A stretch of 55,251 nucleotides of DNA, filler included, from Squatina squatina (Eukaryota): NCBI GenBank assembly GCA_031763465.1. It is 3 parts of 3 records of this genome, joined end to end, with 100 filler letters (N's around TTAATTAATTAA, not from the genome) between each part and the next. Parts side by side here need not be neighbours in the genome. Positions count along the whole stretch, not along the records: positions 1 to 17,152 come from JARFOE010000222.1; 2 more parts are not named here. One strand, 5' to 3'. Positions 1-12,469 of this stretch are shown in pieces; the first letter of the stretch is position 1, and each line of letters begins with the position of its first letter. A model generated the notes under the pieces. It made no database searches and was not told the DNA's origin. It worked only from the letters and a program-made list of their open reading frames with translations. The translations under genes and the position numbers were made by a program.

Positions 1-1579
1 CGGATGTTTTGACAACCACCGCCTCCTCCAGGATGCTGTACTGGGTTAACAAGCTCCCTCTCAAATCATAATCCAAACTATAAACCACATGTGTTACAGA
101 GGCCTACAGATTATGAAATGTGATTTACAGCCATTTTTAACTGCTATTGAGGAATAGACTTGCCTCACTGATTCAAACACTGACACTGTGCATAAAGCGT
201 ACTTTGGCAATTTGTATTTGTGGAGTCTCTTTGTACTTATGTCTGTATATATCCTACACACATTGTACAGACATCCTCTTCTATAAGTATAATTGTTTGT
301 CTTTTCCAGTGGATGCCACATTCTGCAACCTGAAACTGAGCTCTTGGATGTGGCTTGTTGCCCACAAAGTAAGTTTCCATTATCACTCAGGATGTCTCAA
401 GCGACACACTGCTGCAGAGGGACGGGGTAGGGAGACAAGAAAAAATTAAATCAAACTCAGGCTGTTACCTTCCATCTTTCCCTGGTCAGTACATAGTTGC
501 TCTGACAGACAGGAACTGTGTGCAGCGCAATAGTATCCAATAAAATATCAATGTAAGGATAAAGATGACTTTAAAAAAAATCTATTTTCAACATCAATCT
601 GACCCCAAATTGTCTTTAACCCTTTGNNNNNNNNNNNNNNNNNNNNNNNNNNNNNNNNNNNNNNNNNNNNNNNNNNNNNNNNNNNNNNNNNNNNNNNNNN
701 NNNNNNNNNNNNNNNNNNNNNNNNNNATTACATCTAAACTAAAAGTCTTTAGCTCCAGAGCATGAGGATTATTCTACAATCAGCATTGTATTTATGTATT
801 TATTTGTCACTCTAAATTAAACATTTTGAAGTCTAACATTGCACATGATGAAATTTTGAGTTCTATTAAGTCAAGAGTCCTGCAAGATGAGACACACGAC
901 TCCAAAACCCAAGTTGGGATCACAGACATATCTGATAAAAACAGCTTCCAATAACCACTTTTACTAATTCCATACAAAAGTGTTTGTTTTTAATCTAAGA
1001 CATGGCAAGAGGTGTGAGTTCGCTTTGAAGTCCACCTTGTTTGACCTGGAAGCTGCAGGATGCCGAGATCAGGCAAGAATAGTCTGTAAGGCAACAAGGT
1101 GTTGAAGCTGGTGTCAATCACTGCCACCTATTCAAATGCTAAAATGGGTTCCTGCTTGCCCTTAACTGCTACAAATGAGTGAGGCAACATAAAATTCCTC
1201 CTTAAGCAGAACAAATCACTCCAAAATGAACAAAGAGCCCAAAGATGGAGGGCAGTAACAGACCCGAACATATTAACACACCAAAAACAAAATGACTCAA
1301 CCTTCAGGCTGTGTCATTACCTGGCAGAGACGGGAGGGAGGGCAGAAATCAGCAGAAACAATTAGCTGAACAATTCTTATTCAACTCATTACAGTCTTTT
1401 CCAGTTTAATGTATAGGCCAGTCACAGGGCAGGACCCAAAATAAAAAATAAAAGCCCCTCCTATGTGCAAATAGCTGTTTTTACATTGTTCTTGTGCTGC
1501 TGACTCCCAATGCGTGGGCCTCAATCAGCTGGTGGCAAGTGCGAGATGAAGTCAGCAGATGTTTCTATTGGATCTGTGG

Positions 1580-1752
1580 AACTGGATTTCCTGGGCCCAG
1601 TAAATGCACTGCGCCAGCAGCAGTACAATCCCAGTAATAATATCAGGATGTCAGTACTTTGCACACGTGCACTGGCCAAACTTCACAGCCATTCAGCACA
1701 TGCAGAATATACAAGCGTTTCCAGTTGCTCATTTGATGTACGGAATCCAGTT
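1580..1752. mobile_element. About 170-bp MITE-like element
   Basis: Terminal inverted repeats aactggatt(t)cc ... ggaatccagtt. Confidence 0.45.
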
Positions 1753-2249
1753 TGCAGCCAGTACACATGTAGAGCAGCTGCAGCATTGAAATGTAAATGT
1801 AGGAGAGAAGTGCACTTGGGTCACTCTACTGAGACCTGGCCTGCCGGCTAAAAGCAACTAATGTTAGTCAAAGTCTTGCTGGAGTCTTTAAGATTTTGCA
1901 ATTTCATCAGCATTAATCCCCACCCCATTTTCTCGCTCTGAAACCTGGTTTACATGACCAAGTTATTTATATTGGGACCCTCATCACATCTCACAAGTCG
2001 CATTCCCGAGCCATAACTAAATCTGGGAACCTTTACATTAGAAGGAGTTTTTCAATGAGTATAAGGTGATGCTCAGAGGTAGACCCGTGACCTCTGAGCA
2101 CCTCGCTCCCTTCTTTTACTGTCTTAGTGTGTCGTTAGTTCCTGTTGGAGGGCCACTGACAAAGAAACGCTTGTTTTTTTGCACCTCTGAACTCTGCTCT
2201 CTTGTTTCCCGTATGTGCGCCCTATCGTCCTATGCACCTCAAATTTAAT

Positions 2250-2610
2250 CCCTCCTCGCCCCATCCACCTCCCTATCTCTGTAACCTCCTACAACCCTCC
2301 GAGATCTCTGCGCTCCTCCAATTCCGGCCTCTCGCGCCTCCCCCCCCAATTCCCATCGCTCCACCATTGGCGGCCGAGCCTTCAGCTGCCTGGGGCCCCG
2401 AGCTCTGGAATTCCCTCCCTAAACCTCTCCGCCTCTTTCCTATTTAAGATGCTCCTTAAAACCGACCTCTTTGACCAAGCTTTTGGTCACCTGTCCCTAA
2501 TATCTCCTTTGTGTGGCTCGGTGTCAAATCCGTGTCTGATAATCGCTCCCGTGAAGTGCCATGGGACATTTTCCCAGATTAAAGGCGCGATATAAATGCA
2601 ATTTGTTGCT
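2250..2610 (+). mobile_element. L2-type LINE 3' end (approximate bounds)
   Basis: PPPYLCNLLQP..RSLRSSNSGL..RAFS..GPELWNSLP-type ORF2 end followed by an aaaggcg..atataaatgca..ttgttg tail; homologous to 22878-23128 and 55010-55251. Confidence 0.8.
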
Positions 2611-2684
2611 TCAGGCGTGTCCAAACACTCCGCCTTTTCCCGCAACCCCCCCACCCCCCTCCACAACACGGTTCCACGACGTAC

Positions 2685-2888
2685 CGATTGTGATAACCAG
2701 GTTTCTTTCCCCTTCGTCCTTCTCGTCATCGCTGCCAGCCCCTTTGAGCACTTCCGGCACCCCTGACGGCAAGGATAGACTTTGGCCCGGTTCGGTGGCG
2801 ACCTCTGGCCTCAGGGTAGCTCCGGCCTCCGAGGTACTGCTGACTGCGGGAGGTGCTTCCAGATCCTGGCTGTTGGAGGGCGGGTCTC
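2685..2888 (-). CDS. Unidentified putative coding exon, (G)DPPSNSQDLEAPPAVSS...GSDDEKDEGERNLVITI
   Basis: gttttctttcag acceptor, G|gtacgt donor, 204 nt, open in phase 1-1, compatible with the 3261-3446 exon; low-complexity acidic/Pro/Ser peptide. Confidence 0.6.
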
Positions 2889-3260
2889 CTGAAAGAAAAC
2901 AGCACAGCGCGAGTTAAAAGGTCTTCGACGCACTGAGTTGCTCCACCAAGCCTGCAAGTAAATGCCAATTTCTCGCACCCCCATTTGTGTCCATTGCTGG
3001 GATTAAGTTGCAGGAACCTTCCAGGACCTCACCCAAGTGCGACTCTTTACTGAAGCCTGGCGTGTAAGCGCTGGGAAGCTATCGCAGCCGAGCCCGACCC
3101 CATCCTCACCGGCCGTCCAGCTGAGGGCACGGGTCAGGACTTGGGGGAGGGTGATCTGTATCATTCCACTGCCACCCCGAGTGAGACCGGCTAACTCCGC
3201 ACAGACTGGGAATGGAGTCTGGGATTTGCGCTACGGCCCAGTGCTGAGCGGTGCCTTCAC

Positions 3261-3446
3261 CTGCTGAGCCATCGGAGGGCACCTCGCCGTAATCGTGGCT
3301 GCTCCGTAAACGGCACGGGAGCATCAAGCACCAGCTCAGAGGGGAGAAGACATGCGTGAAGGGAGAGGCAACCCGCAGATGCTCTCTTCCACCTCCTGGT
3401 GACACGCCATCGAGTGGCACTTGCCGAGGACCTCGGAGCACATCAC
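3261..3446 (-). CDS. Unidentified putative coding exon, (G)DVLRGPRQVPLDGVSPGGGREHL...DYGEVPSDGSA
   Basis: ttttctctctgcaccattccgtttgcag acceptor, G|gtgaag donor, 186 nt, open in phase 1-1, GC-rich. Confidence 0.45.
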
Positions 3447-6400
3447 CTGCAAACGGAATGGTGCAGAGAGAAAATAACCCTGCGGAATAGTCGCCTCCCT
3501 CCAGTCCACCATCAGAAGCCTCGATCTTTGGAACACCTCCCACANNNNNNNNNNNNNNNNNNNNNNNNNNNNNNNNNNNNNNNNNNNNNNNNNNNNNNNN
3601 NNNNNNNNNNNNNNNNNNNNNNNNNNNNNNNNNNNNNNNNNNNNCTTTATTTGCAGTAGAGATGCTTAAAAAAGGTACTGGGGGAGGGGGAAGAAAGAGT
3701 TAATTTGGCCAGAGTAAAAAGGGGCTAATGAAAACCATCTGATGCTGACTGAAAGCATGTACTGTAATCCAGCGCAGTTTCCCTTGTCATCTGTGTGCCC
3801 TAATCAACCAGCATCTGGTTCCCATTGCAGTTCACAAAACAAGACCCAGCTCTGCTGTTAACATTCACTGACACATGGAAAGTTTGCATAGATCTGGTTT
3901 GTGATAGGTTAAGTACTAGTCCACTCCTGATCACCTGCTAGGTCCAGATGGTAACCCTGGCTGGATGTCATGCATTTACAACTTAAAACAAACTAGTCAA
4001 CATGTATGAACTAACTTATTAAATAGCTCTTAAGAGCCAATCAATCAGATGTCCGCAATCTTTTATATGCTTATATTTTAACTCATTTTTATTTCCGTCC
4101 TCACTTTACAGTCTCCCGGTGGCACATCAGGGCCAGTTTAAAAGAGTGGGCAAGCCATCTTCTCCCTGAATTCATACCAGAGTCACTCTTGGGCTTGAGA
4201 TGGGGTGGGGTGGGGGTTGAGGGGGGAGGGGCAGTATGCAAGTAAACAAGGCAGAGACATAGCGAAGCACAATTTTAAGTCTTGTGTTTTTCACTTTGCC
4301 ACTTTACATTTGTGCACTATTTTATTGGTTTACATACAGAACTACTATATATAAAGAAAATGGTTTTTGAGCTTGACGATTGTTAGGTACACACATTTGA
4401 TGTCATTGAAAGTGCCAAAGTGAATGGGCATTAAATCATGGGCTGTGCACCAACAAATTTTCCGTTAAGTGTGTCAGTTCCCATGGTGGTGTAGGGTCTT
4501 GGAAAATGTATCCCTATATCTCTGAGGAGCCAGCAGTCCAACTTTTCTTCTCTTACAAAGAACTGTGTCATGTATGGGGGGTTATCTCAGAATGAAAGTA
4601 TAATTACTTTCTATCTATAATCCCCAGGAAGCATGCACTGAAGACCATTATTTTCTGAGCCAAGTCAAACTTTATTTGCACATTGGTGGAATAACAGCAC
4701 TTTGTATTTGGGCATGCCATAGGATTGACGGTAGGTCAGTCAGCGTGAGAGAGAGTTGTGAGTTAAAGGACTACTAGATGGTTGCACAGATGTTTTGGTC
4801 GGTTTGAGACTGGGACGGCTCTGGCACGCTTGGTCTTTTCGTTCAGCAGGTCTGTGGTTCGATGACAAGCAGAGAGAGATAGGGGTGTCCTTGGCTTGAT
4901 AAAAAAAAAGCCTTGCCCTCGTCTTCTGCTACCTNNNNNNNNNNNNNNNNNNNNNNNNNNNNNNNNNNNNNNNNNNNNNNNNNNNNNNNNNNNNNNNNNN
5001 NNNNNNNNNNNNNNNNNNNNNNNNNNNNNNNNNNGGGATCAGGGGGTATGGAGAGAAAGCAGGTACGGGGTACTGAGTTGCATGATCAGCCATGATCATA
5101 TTGAATGGCGATGCAGGCTCGAAGGGCCGAATGGCCTACTCCTGCACCTATTTTCTATGTTTCTATGTAAGGATGGGTATCCTTCAGGGTTAATTGTTAG
5201 AACGGCTCTATGTTAACTCATACATAGCAGAGAATAAAGCCAAAGGTTTTGGTTCACAGAGATTCAGGCTGCTTGTAGAAACTGCAGTCTAGTCATGGAT
5301 ACCAGGAAGGTTTTAGGGAAAAGTAATATGACCATTTACATCACTTGTTATGCCAGCTTTATAAAGTGACTGTTTATGCAGTATTATGTCTATTTATAAG
5401 TGCAGAAAGAGTAAGCCTGACATTGTACACTTTGAGTTGAACATTAAAGGAGTGTGGAGGTTGGCAAGGTGGGTGTTGGAGAAGTACACTGCAGCAATTT
5501 CAGCGATACCATATAAAATACACAACCAAAAGGATGGGCCTTTACATTGCTATTCACCAGAAAAATGTTAAGGTACCAGAGTTGAATGCATATTTGACTG
5601 AGTCGAGAATAACAGTCACAGTGTGATTTGAATAAGAACGGATAGAACATGGTGGAATCTCAAAAAACAAAACGTACATGCTGTGAGCGCACAGGCTGAC
5701 TTCATGAATACAAGATGAAAAGAGTGACTGCAACTTCAAGGATTCCTCTTTGTAAATCTTCACAAATGTGGACTGCAGCTTTAAGAGTACATAACATCAG
5801 AAATGGGGCTTTGTCTTTCACAGGCCATCTATGTATCAGAAACAGATCTGCCAGCTTCAAGAGCTTCAACTACCTGACTATCAATTTTACTGCTTGTGAA
5901 ATTGGCAAATTAGCCTTTAGCTGTTTGTACAGCCAGGAAATCGGGTAGTAACACCAGATTAGACTGGTGAGCATTGTTTATTCTGTAGTATTAGTGCTTG
6001 GACCTATGCCTAAATTATTCATTTACACTGTGTGTTTTCCTTTGCAAGGGTTAACCTATAAAAAAATGGTGTTTGGAGGGAGGAGGTGCAATCTATTCAG
6101 GGCATCATAAAATCTAATTGGTGAAAATAAAGTGTATGCTGAGTAAACTGCAGCATGGAAACCCAGATTGTATGGTAATACCCAGATAAGAGAAGTGGTA
6201 TGTGGAAGGGGGGAAGGACCTAAAGGTAGTTCTAAAATAAAGAGATTATGAAAGAAAAATTTAAATTCTAAAATAGAAAAGCTATAGTGGCAGTTGACTA
6301 ACTTCTAAATAAGAAAAAAACAAAGATGTCGGCAGGTGGCCCATATTCCTTATTAATGATGATCAGGTTCTGATAGACAATACATTAATCACCTTTAACT

Positions 6401-6479
6401 ATATCGAACAGGAGGAGCTGAGTTACTTGACTGACCTGACCCTTTGTCTGCTTATTAATTATTGGCATTGTAGAGCACT

Positions 6480-7042
6480 AGAGTTATGAAAGAACTTTAT
6501 AAAACACTGATTAGGCCTCAGCTGGAATATTGTGGGCAGTTCTGGGTGCCACACTTCGGGAAAGACGTAAAGGCATTCAAAAGGGTGCAGAGCAGGTTTA
6601 CCAGGATGTTACAGGGATGAGGAACTTAGATATGAGGAGAGTTTGGGAAAAGTTAGGACTGTTCCCATTAGAACAGAGAAGGTTAAGAGGTGATGTAATA
6701 GAGGTTTTAAAGATGATAGGTTTTGATCGAGTAAATAGGGAAAAATTATGCCCCCTGGCAAGTGGGTCAAAAACTAGAGGTCATAGATTCAAAATTATTG
6801 GAAAAAGATCTAGAGGGGAGATGAACTTTTTTCACGGAGTTTTTGGGATCTTGAAAGTTTTACCTGTAAAGGTGGTGGAACCTGATTCCATAAATAATTT
6901 TAAAAGGGAGTTGGACAGGTACTTGAGGAACTTACAGGGTTACAGCCAAAAAAGGGAATGCGGGGCTAAGCACAACTGCTCTTTCAAAGCATGACGGGCT
7001 GCGTGACTACCTCCTGTGCTGTCAGTTTCTACAATTCTATGA
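6480..7042 (+). mobile_element. CR1 LINE 3' fragment
   Basis: LYKTLIRPQLEY, LGLFPLEQRRLRGDVIEV, TRGHRFKI motifs and a ttctatga tail. Confidence 0.88.
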
Positions 7043-7319
7043 TAATTTATGGATAAAGAAAACTGTTAGATGGAAGCAGAGAAATAGACTTATTTAAGGG
7101 CTGTTACTCTTTGCTTAATGTGTTTAAAGTTGCCAATTAGAATTATTTGGTTTATTTTTCAAAATAATGGCAAGCTTTCACATTGCTCAGCTTTCAAGAT
7201 ACTAATGTGAATGTTTTTATTTGTTGGGCTTGATGTTCTGGTTATTCCTGCTGAAGGTCTACCATGATAGTTGCTTGATACATTTGTAGTACAACAGATG
7301 CAGCACTTTTTTAAAAATA

Positions 7320-7760
7320 TTCATTGGATATGGGTGTTGCTGGCAATGCCAGCATTTATTGCCCATCCCTAATTGCCCTTGAGAAACTAACTGCCTCCTT
7401 GAGCTGCTGCAGTCCATGAGGTGGAGGTTTTTCCTAGCAGTTTGATGCAACGGAGTGCCTTGTTGCACCATTTCAGAGAGCAGTTAAGAGACAACCATAG
7501 TGCTGTGGGTCTGGAGTCTCACACACAGGCCAGACTGGGTAAGGGCAGCAGATTTCCTTCCCTAAAGGATATTCGTGAACCAGATGGGTTTTTACAACAA
7601 TCCGGTAGTACCAATAATGGTGACCATGAAATTAGCTTTTTATTCCAGATTTTATTTAATTAACTGAATTTAAGTTGCACTGCTGCCATGGAAGGATTTG
7701 AACTCTCATCTCCGGATTGTTGGTACAGGCCTCTGGATTACTAGGCCAGTAACATAACCA
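7320..7760 (-). mobile_element. Second tRNA-derived shark SINE family, near full length
   Basis: Minus-strand head ggttatgttactgg..agtaatccagaggcc..gagttcaaatcc and tail gggatgggcaataaatgctggc; tail-only matches at about 8470-8640 and 19680-19860. Confidence 0.72.
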
Positions 7761-8049
7761 TTAAGCTCCTGTGATAGTTGAAGTATATTGGGTAGGAATT
7801 AAGACAGACATTTTTAGTGGATGTAGTTGCTTAGTATTGCTCTGTCTACAAACTATTGAAGAAGCTTGTAGGACACTCTTTCCCGCCCCCACCCTCCGAA
7901 CCTGGCCCCAAGGTCAGTCTCCCATCTCCCCTGACACTGCATACACCTCCACTATCTCAAATCTACAAGCTGTAAACAGGAATGTATCTGGTAAGTGTCC
8001 AGCTTGGCTATCCATCACTGCACGTGGCTCCTCTTTTCATGCCTGGATT

Positions 8050-8173
8050 GTCCCTCGAGTGTACTGCAGGGCTCCATCCTTGGCCTGCTCCTTGTTGTTT
8101 ACATGCTGCACCTCCAGTGATATCAAGAAACATGGCACTGGCTTCCACACGTGCTGGTGCTCTTTACTTCTTC
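8050..8173 (+). mobile_element. Degraded L2-type reverse transcriptase fragment
   Basis: Frameshifted VLQGSILGLLLVVYML..DIKKHG.GFH, resembling GVPQGSILGPLLF..YML..RKHG..FH.YADD. Confidence 0.55.
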
Positions 8174-10369
8174 NNNNNNNNNNNNNNNNNNNNNNNNNNN
8201 NNNNNNNNNNNNNNNNNNNNNNNNNNNNNNNNNNNNNNNNNNNNNNNNNNNNNNNNNNNNNNNNNNNNNNNNNGTTCTGAAGTTGGGTTGCATGATGTTG
8301 TTGGGGCAGAGTACAGGGAGCCTCTCTATGTGACCGTTTGATGCTGACACTGGTGGTTGAAATGGATAAGTTCAATTCTCAGCACTCGCATCCCTCACTT
8401 TGAGGTGCAGCAAAATTAACAGGAAGCTATATTAATATCTATTTCTGAGCTCTCAGCTTTTCTGTTCCTTTTATTCGTTCCTGGGATGTGGGCATCGCTA
8501 GCAAGGCCAGCATTTATTGCCCATCCCTAACTGCCCTTGAGAAGGTGGTGGTGAACCGCCTTCTTAAACCGCTGCAGTCCTTGCAGTGAAGGTACTCCCA
8601 CAGTGCTGTTAGGGAGGGAGTTCCAGGATTTTGACCCAGCTAGTTTTCTATGCAATACTTGGGTATGATGAAATTTGTGGATACAATCATGGCTCACAAA
8701 ATAGAAGAGCAGGCTTGATGTGGAAATGGTCTACACCTGTTGCAATAAATAGTGGTGAGCTGATACTAACCTTGGGTTTTATAGACCTGTGAATATGAGG
8801 AGGGAAGAAAGACTGTGTGAGTTAAGGAGTTCCAGTTTTCAGGTTTTGTGAAAGAATGACTTACGATAGGAGATAGTGCGAACAGTCTTGATTTCAACAC
8901 ATTTGGGTTACATTTAAGCGAAACAGAACAGCATGAAGGATAGCTTAGATGGAGCTTGGGAAGAACCAAACAGGAAGATCTAGAGCAGTAATGACTTTAA
9001 CTATATCAACACAATAAGGACAAGGGTAAAAGGGAGATAGAAAGATGGATGGAGAAGAGCACAGTGGGGAGGTATGAGCGGGGCAGGGAGGTGAACCTAG
9101 AAATATGAAACAATCAGTTTTTCTTGTATCCAGCTTAGGAGTGCAAGAGAGAGGCTAGAATATTCCTTAGATATTGGAACAGTATTGAGAAGCTTAGATG
9201 GTCTATTTTATTTGTACAAATTATTAAAACCTATTAAATATCAGTACTAATTTGTCGTCAGGTCACTTATAAGTCTCCAAATGCAAATCTGTAACAAATG
9301 TATTTTATTTGATACAAACCATCTATAACTTTCAGATTAACCTCAGGACTACTCACGTCATATCCTTCAAGTGGATGTGTTTGCTTGAGATTTTAAAATC
9401 ACAAGAACAAGCTGAAAATATTAGCCTAAGTTACACTGAAAAAGACTGATGCGGCTTCAACTGGATGAGTGATATAGGCTTTTGTAGGCTTTCTCCTACA
9501 CAATGCTGTCTAAATGTGGTGCTTTGTCAGCCAGATAATCCATAAATAAACTCACTCTCTGCACAGTTCACGCCAAGGTTAAAGTTCACTATAGGAGGGA
9601 CCACATTGCCTCAAGAAATCATTTGGGATGACCTGTACAGAGTTCTTTTATGCTAACTGCCCACTGACCTCACTTCAATCACATTTAAAGGACTCAAACT
9701 CTTGACCTATCCCGTTAAAGCAATGCACCAGATAATGAAATCGGAGGCAAGACACTTTCTCTTGCTCAATCTAATGCAATGCAGATTGCCGAGTATTCCT
9801 CTCTAACACAGAAACTTCATATAAAAAGTGTCTGACAATATACCCTTCACTATAACACATTTTGATACACCACAACCTTTGTTATTGCCATTTTGCTTCT
9901 GTAATAGAGAAATCTTACACACAGTGAATAACACATTAATCTAAAAATACTCTGTTATGATATAAATTATTATAAAGGGGACCTACTTATCTGGGGAAAC
10001 CAGATAAAATATGCTCTGCAGAACAAGTTGCACTAGTCAAAATGAATATCAAGTTTAATTTGTGTTTACACTGGGCACAGTCAGCCTCCCACTTGAGCAA
10101 CTACAGTATTTTACAGACAGCTGGAACAGACATTATGGGCTGTAGATGCACATTGCTAAATGAAACCACAGTGACTTGCATTATCAGCCACATGGGCTAA
10201 ATTTTCTGAGCAGGTGTGTACTATGAAAATNNNNNNNNNNNNNNNNNNNNNNNNNNNNNNNNNNNNNNNNNNNNNNNNNNNNNNNNNNNNNNNNNNNNNN
10301 NNNNNNNNNNNNNNNNNNNNNNNNNNNNNNCTGAGGAACTCTTACAGCGATGTCCTGGGGCCAGGGATC

Positions 10370-11170
10370 AAAGTGGGTAGTGGTGCCCCACAAGTTGCTG
10401 TTCTGGGATTATGTCTGTGCGCTGTGTATATCAATGGTTTGGATTTCAAAATAGAATGCGTGATGGTCACATTTGCAGATGATACTAAAATAGGAGGTAT
10501 GGTAAATAATTAATTCTGAGGACCAAAGGAAGCTGTAAGTAGATAGTGAAAAGATAGTGGAATGGGCAAAAAATTGCCAGATTGAATTCAATATCAGCAA
10601 GTGTGAAGTGATATATTTTGGTTAAAAATAGAGTAATAACTATACTTTGAATAGGGAAAGGCAGAGGGATTTGAGGGNNNNNNNNNNATTAAAAGCAGCA
10701 TCTTAAGTGGATAAAGCTATAAAAAACGCAAAGAGAACAGTAGGTTTTATGCCAAGAAACACAGAATATAAAAGTCAAGATATATTGGTGAATTTATATA
10801 AGTAAGACCACCATTTTGGGCTCCACACAATCCACTTTTCAGTGATTGAGGGCTCCAGAATGAGATGCCACAGATCTAAAATTAAATGTAAGAGATTTAG
10901 GACAGAGAACAGGAGAAACTTTTTTTTTACATAGAAGCTTGCAAGGCTGCGGAATGCACTCCCAGAGCTAGTGATTGTAGCAGAGACCATGTCAACTTTT
11001 AAGAATAGGTTAGATAGATGTTTGAAGGAATGTGGGATAAGGGGATATGGGAACAGGGTGGCACATGGGATTCGGCCTACTGCTTGTGTGGAGGTTAAGT
11101 ACCAACATGGATTGGTTGGATTGAATGACCTGTTCCCATGTTGTAATTTCTATGTAATTCTATGCTTTGT
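10370..11170 (+). mobile_element. CR1 LINE RT/3' fragment, degraded
   Basis: SGAPQ..VLG..YINGLD..FADDTKIGG, KCEV, FKNRLDR, (ttctatgtaa)n tail. Confidence 0.88.
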
Positions 11171-12442
11171 TTAGTTCAGACAATTTCTTATCCACTTCCA
11201 GGTTTCACCCTGAATTTTACTGCCACAGAAAGAAAATTTATTAAAGGCTTGTGGCAGTAAATCTCAACAGATTACTCAGGAGTGACATGCTCATTTACAA
11301 TTCTGGTGCTGCTAACTTGCAACACAGTTAGAGAAATGCTGAAAACACTGGGGGCTCCTAGGGCACCCAATTCTGGTTTTGGGCGTTGGTAGCGCCAANN
11401 NNNNNNNNNNNNNNNNNNNNNNNNNNNNNNNNNNNNNNNNNNNNNNNNNNNNNNNNNNNNNNNNNNNNNNNNNNNNNNNNNNNNNNNNNNNNNNNNNNGC
11501 TGATAAGCTTATATGAGTTAGAGATGGAGGAGGCTCGTGAGGTGCATAAACACCGGCACATACCAGTTGGGCCGAACGGTCTGTTTCTTTGCTGTAAATT
11601 CTATGTAATTTTATGTAATAAGGACGGTCCAGTGATACATTTTTAAACATGACAGAAATTAGGATTTCCTTTACAGGCTATTAAAACACACATGATCTTT
11701 TGAAAAAAATCCTACCTCTTTGAATGTGCCTTTAGTTTCCTAGGCTAACTTATCTCCCTTCACTGTTTTTCTACTTCTGTGGAGTTCTTTAGGGTGTTTT
11801 ATCATGGTAAAAGTGCCATATTGATATCAGTTGTTGCAGATAAAACTTGTAATTACAATATGAATGATAGCCATTTTGCTGCTTACATGTGTGCTAGCCA
11901 TTAAATAGACACAAAAGATAGTCATTTCACTGTGAAATCAGGTTGAACTGTACACACCTTTCACTCCCCTAGTTTTGCATGAATCATTGTCAGTTAACTT
12001 TACAACTCTCAAACCTTCGTAATCATCCACCTTTCAGAGTACACGGCTGCCAAACAGCACAAATAACATGAAATCTTGTGAACATTTGCTGTTGGGTTTC
12101 CACATGAACTTGAAATAAAAATGCCAAGTAATTAAATCCTTATTATAATAATAGTGTTCAAAGATTTTAAATCCTAAATATATACCTTTAATTTCAACTG
12201 TCAAGACTGGAGTGTTCCCTTGTATGAGTGGAAAGAAATCAATGGTCAGTAAAAGTGACTCACCCCCCCAAACATACACACACAAGTGGGTTAAATAAAG
12301 TGGTCAAATGAAATGGAACACTCACACATAAGATTAGGGCTAGCGATTTAGAATCAATGTGTGCAAGTGATTGTGAGGAACAGGAGTCAAAACAGATTCT
12401 CACCATTCTGAACAAAATAGCTGCTTAAGTTCATCTGACTGG

Positions 12443-12469
12443 CTATGCCCATATGCCCTCCTCATCATC
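12443..12469 (-). CDS. ERC1: ERC/ELKS C-terminal exon, DDEEGIWA* (PDZ-binding IWA motif)
   Basis: Minus strand aaatag|GAT GAT GAG GAG GGC ATA TGG GCA TAG; in frame with the 14362-14463 exon; a downstream donor after 12404 gives a 66-nt exon. Confidence 0.88.
   Translation of the reverse strand, partial: DDEEGIWA

Noticed and set aside
310-368. Plus-strand 59-nt exon-like segment (tttccag / gtaagt)
   Set aside because: No recognisable peptide in either open frame, and it overlaps a competing minus-strand signal
11216-11261. 12-bp perfect stem-loop (also an 11-bp stem at 2070-2100)
   Set aside because: Short; most likely MITE remnants or chance, and prokaryotic terminator logic does not apply
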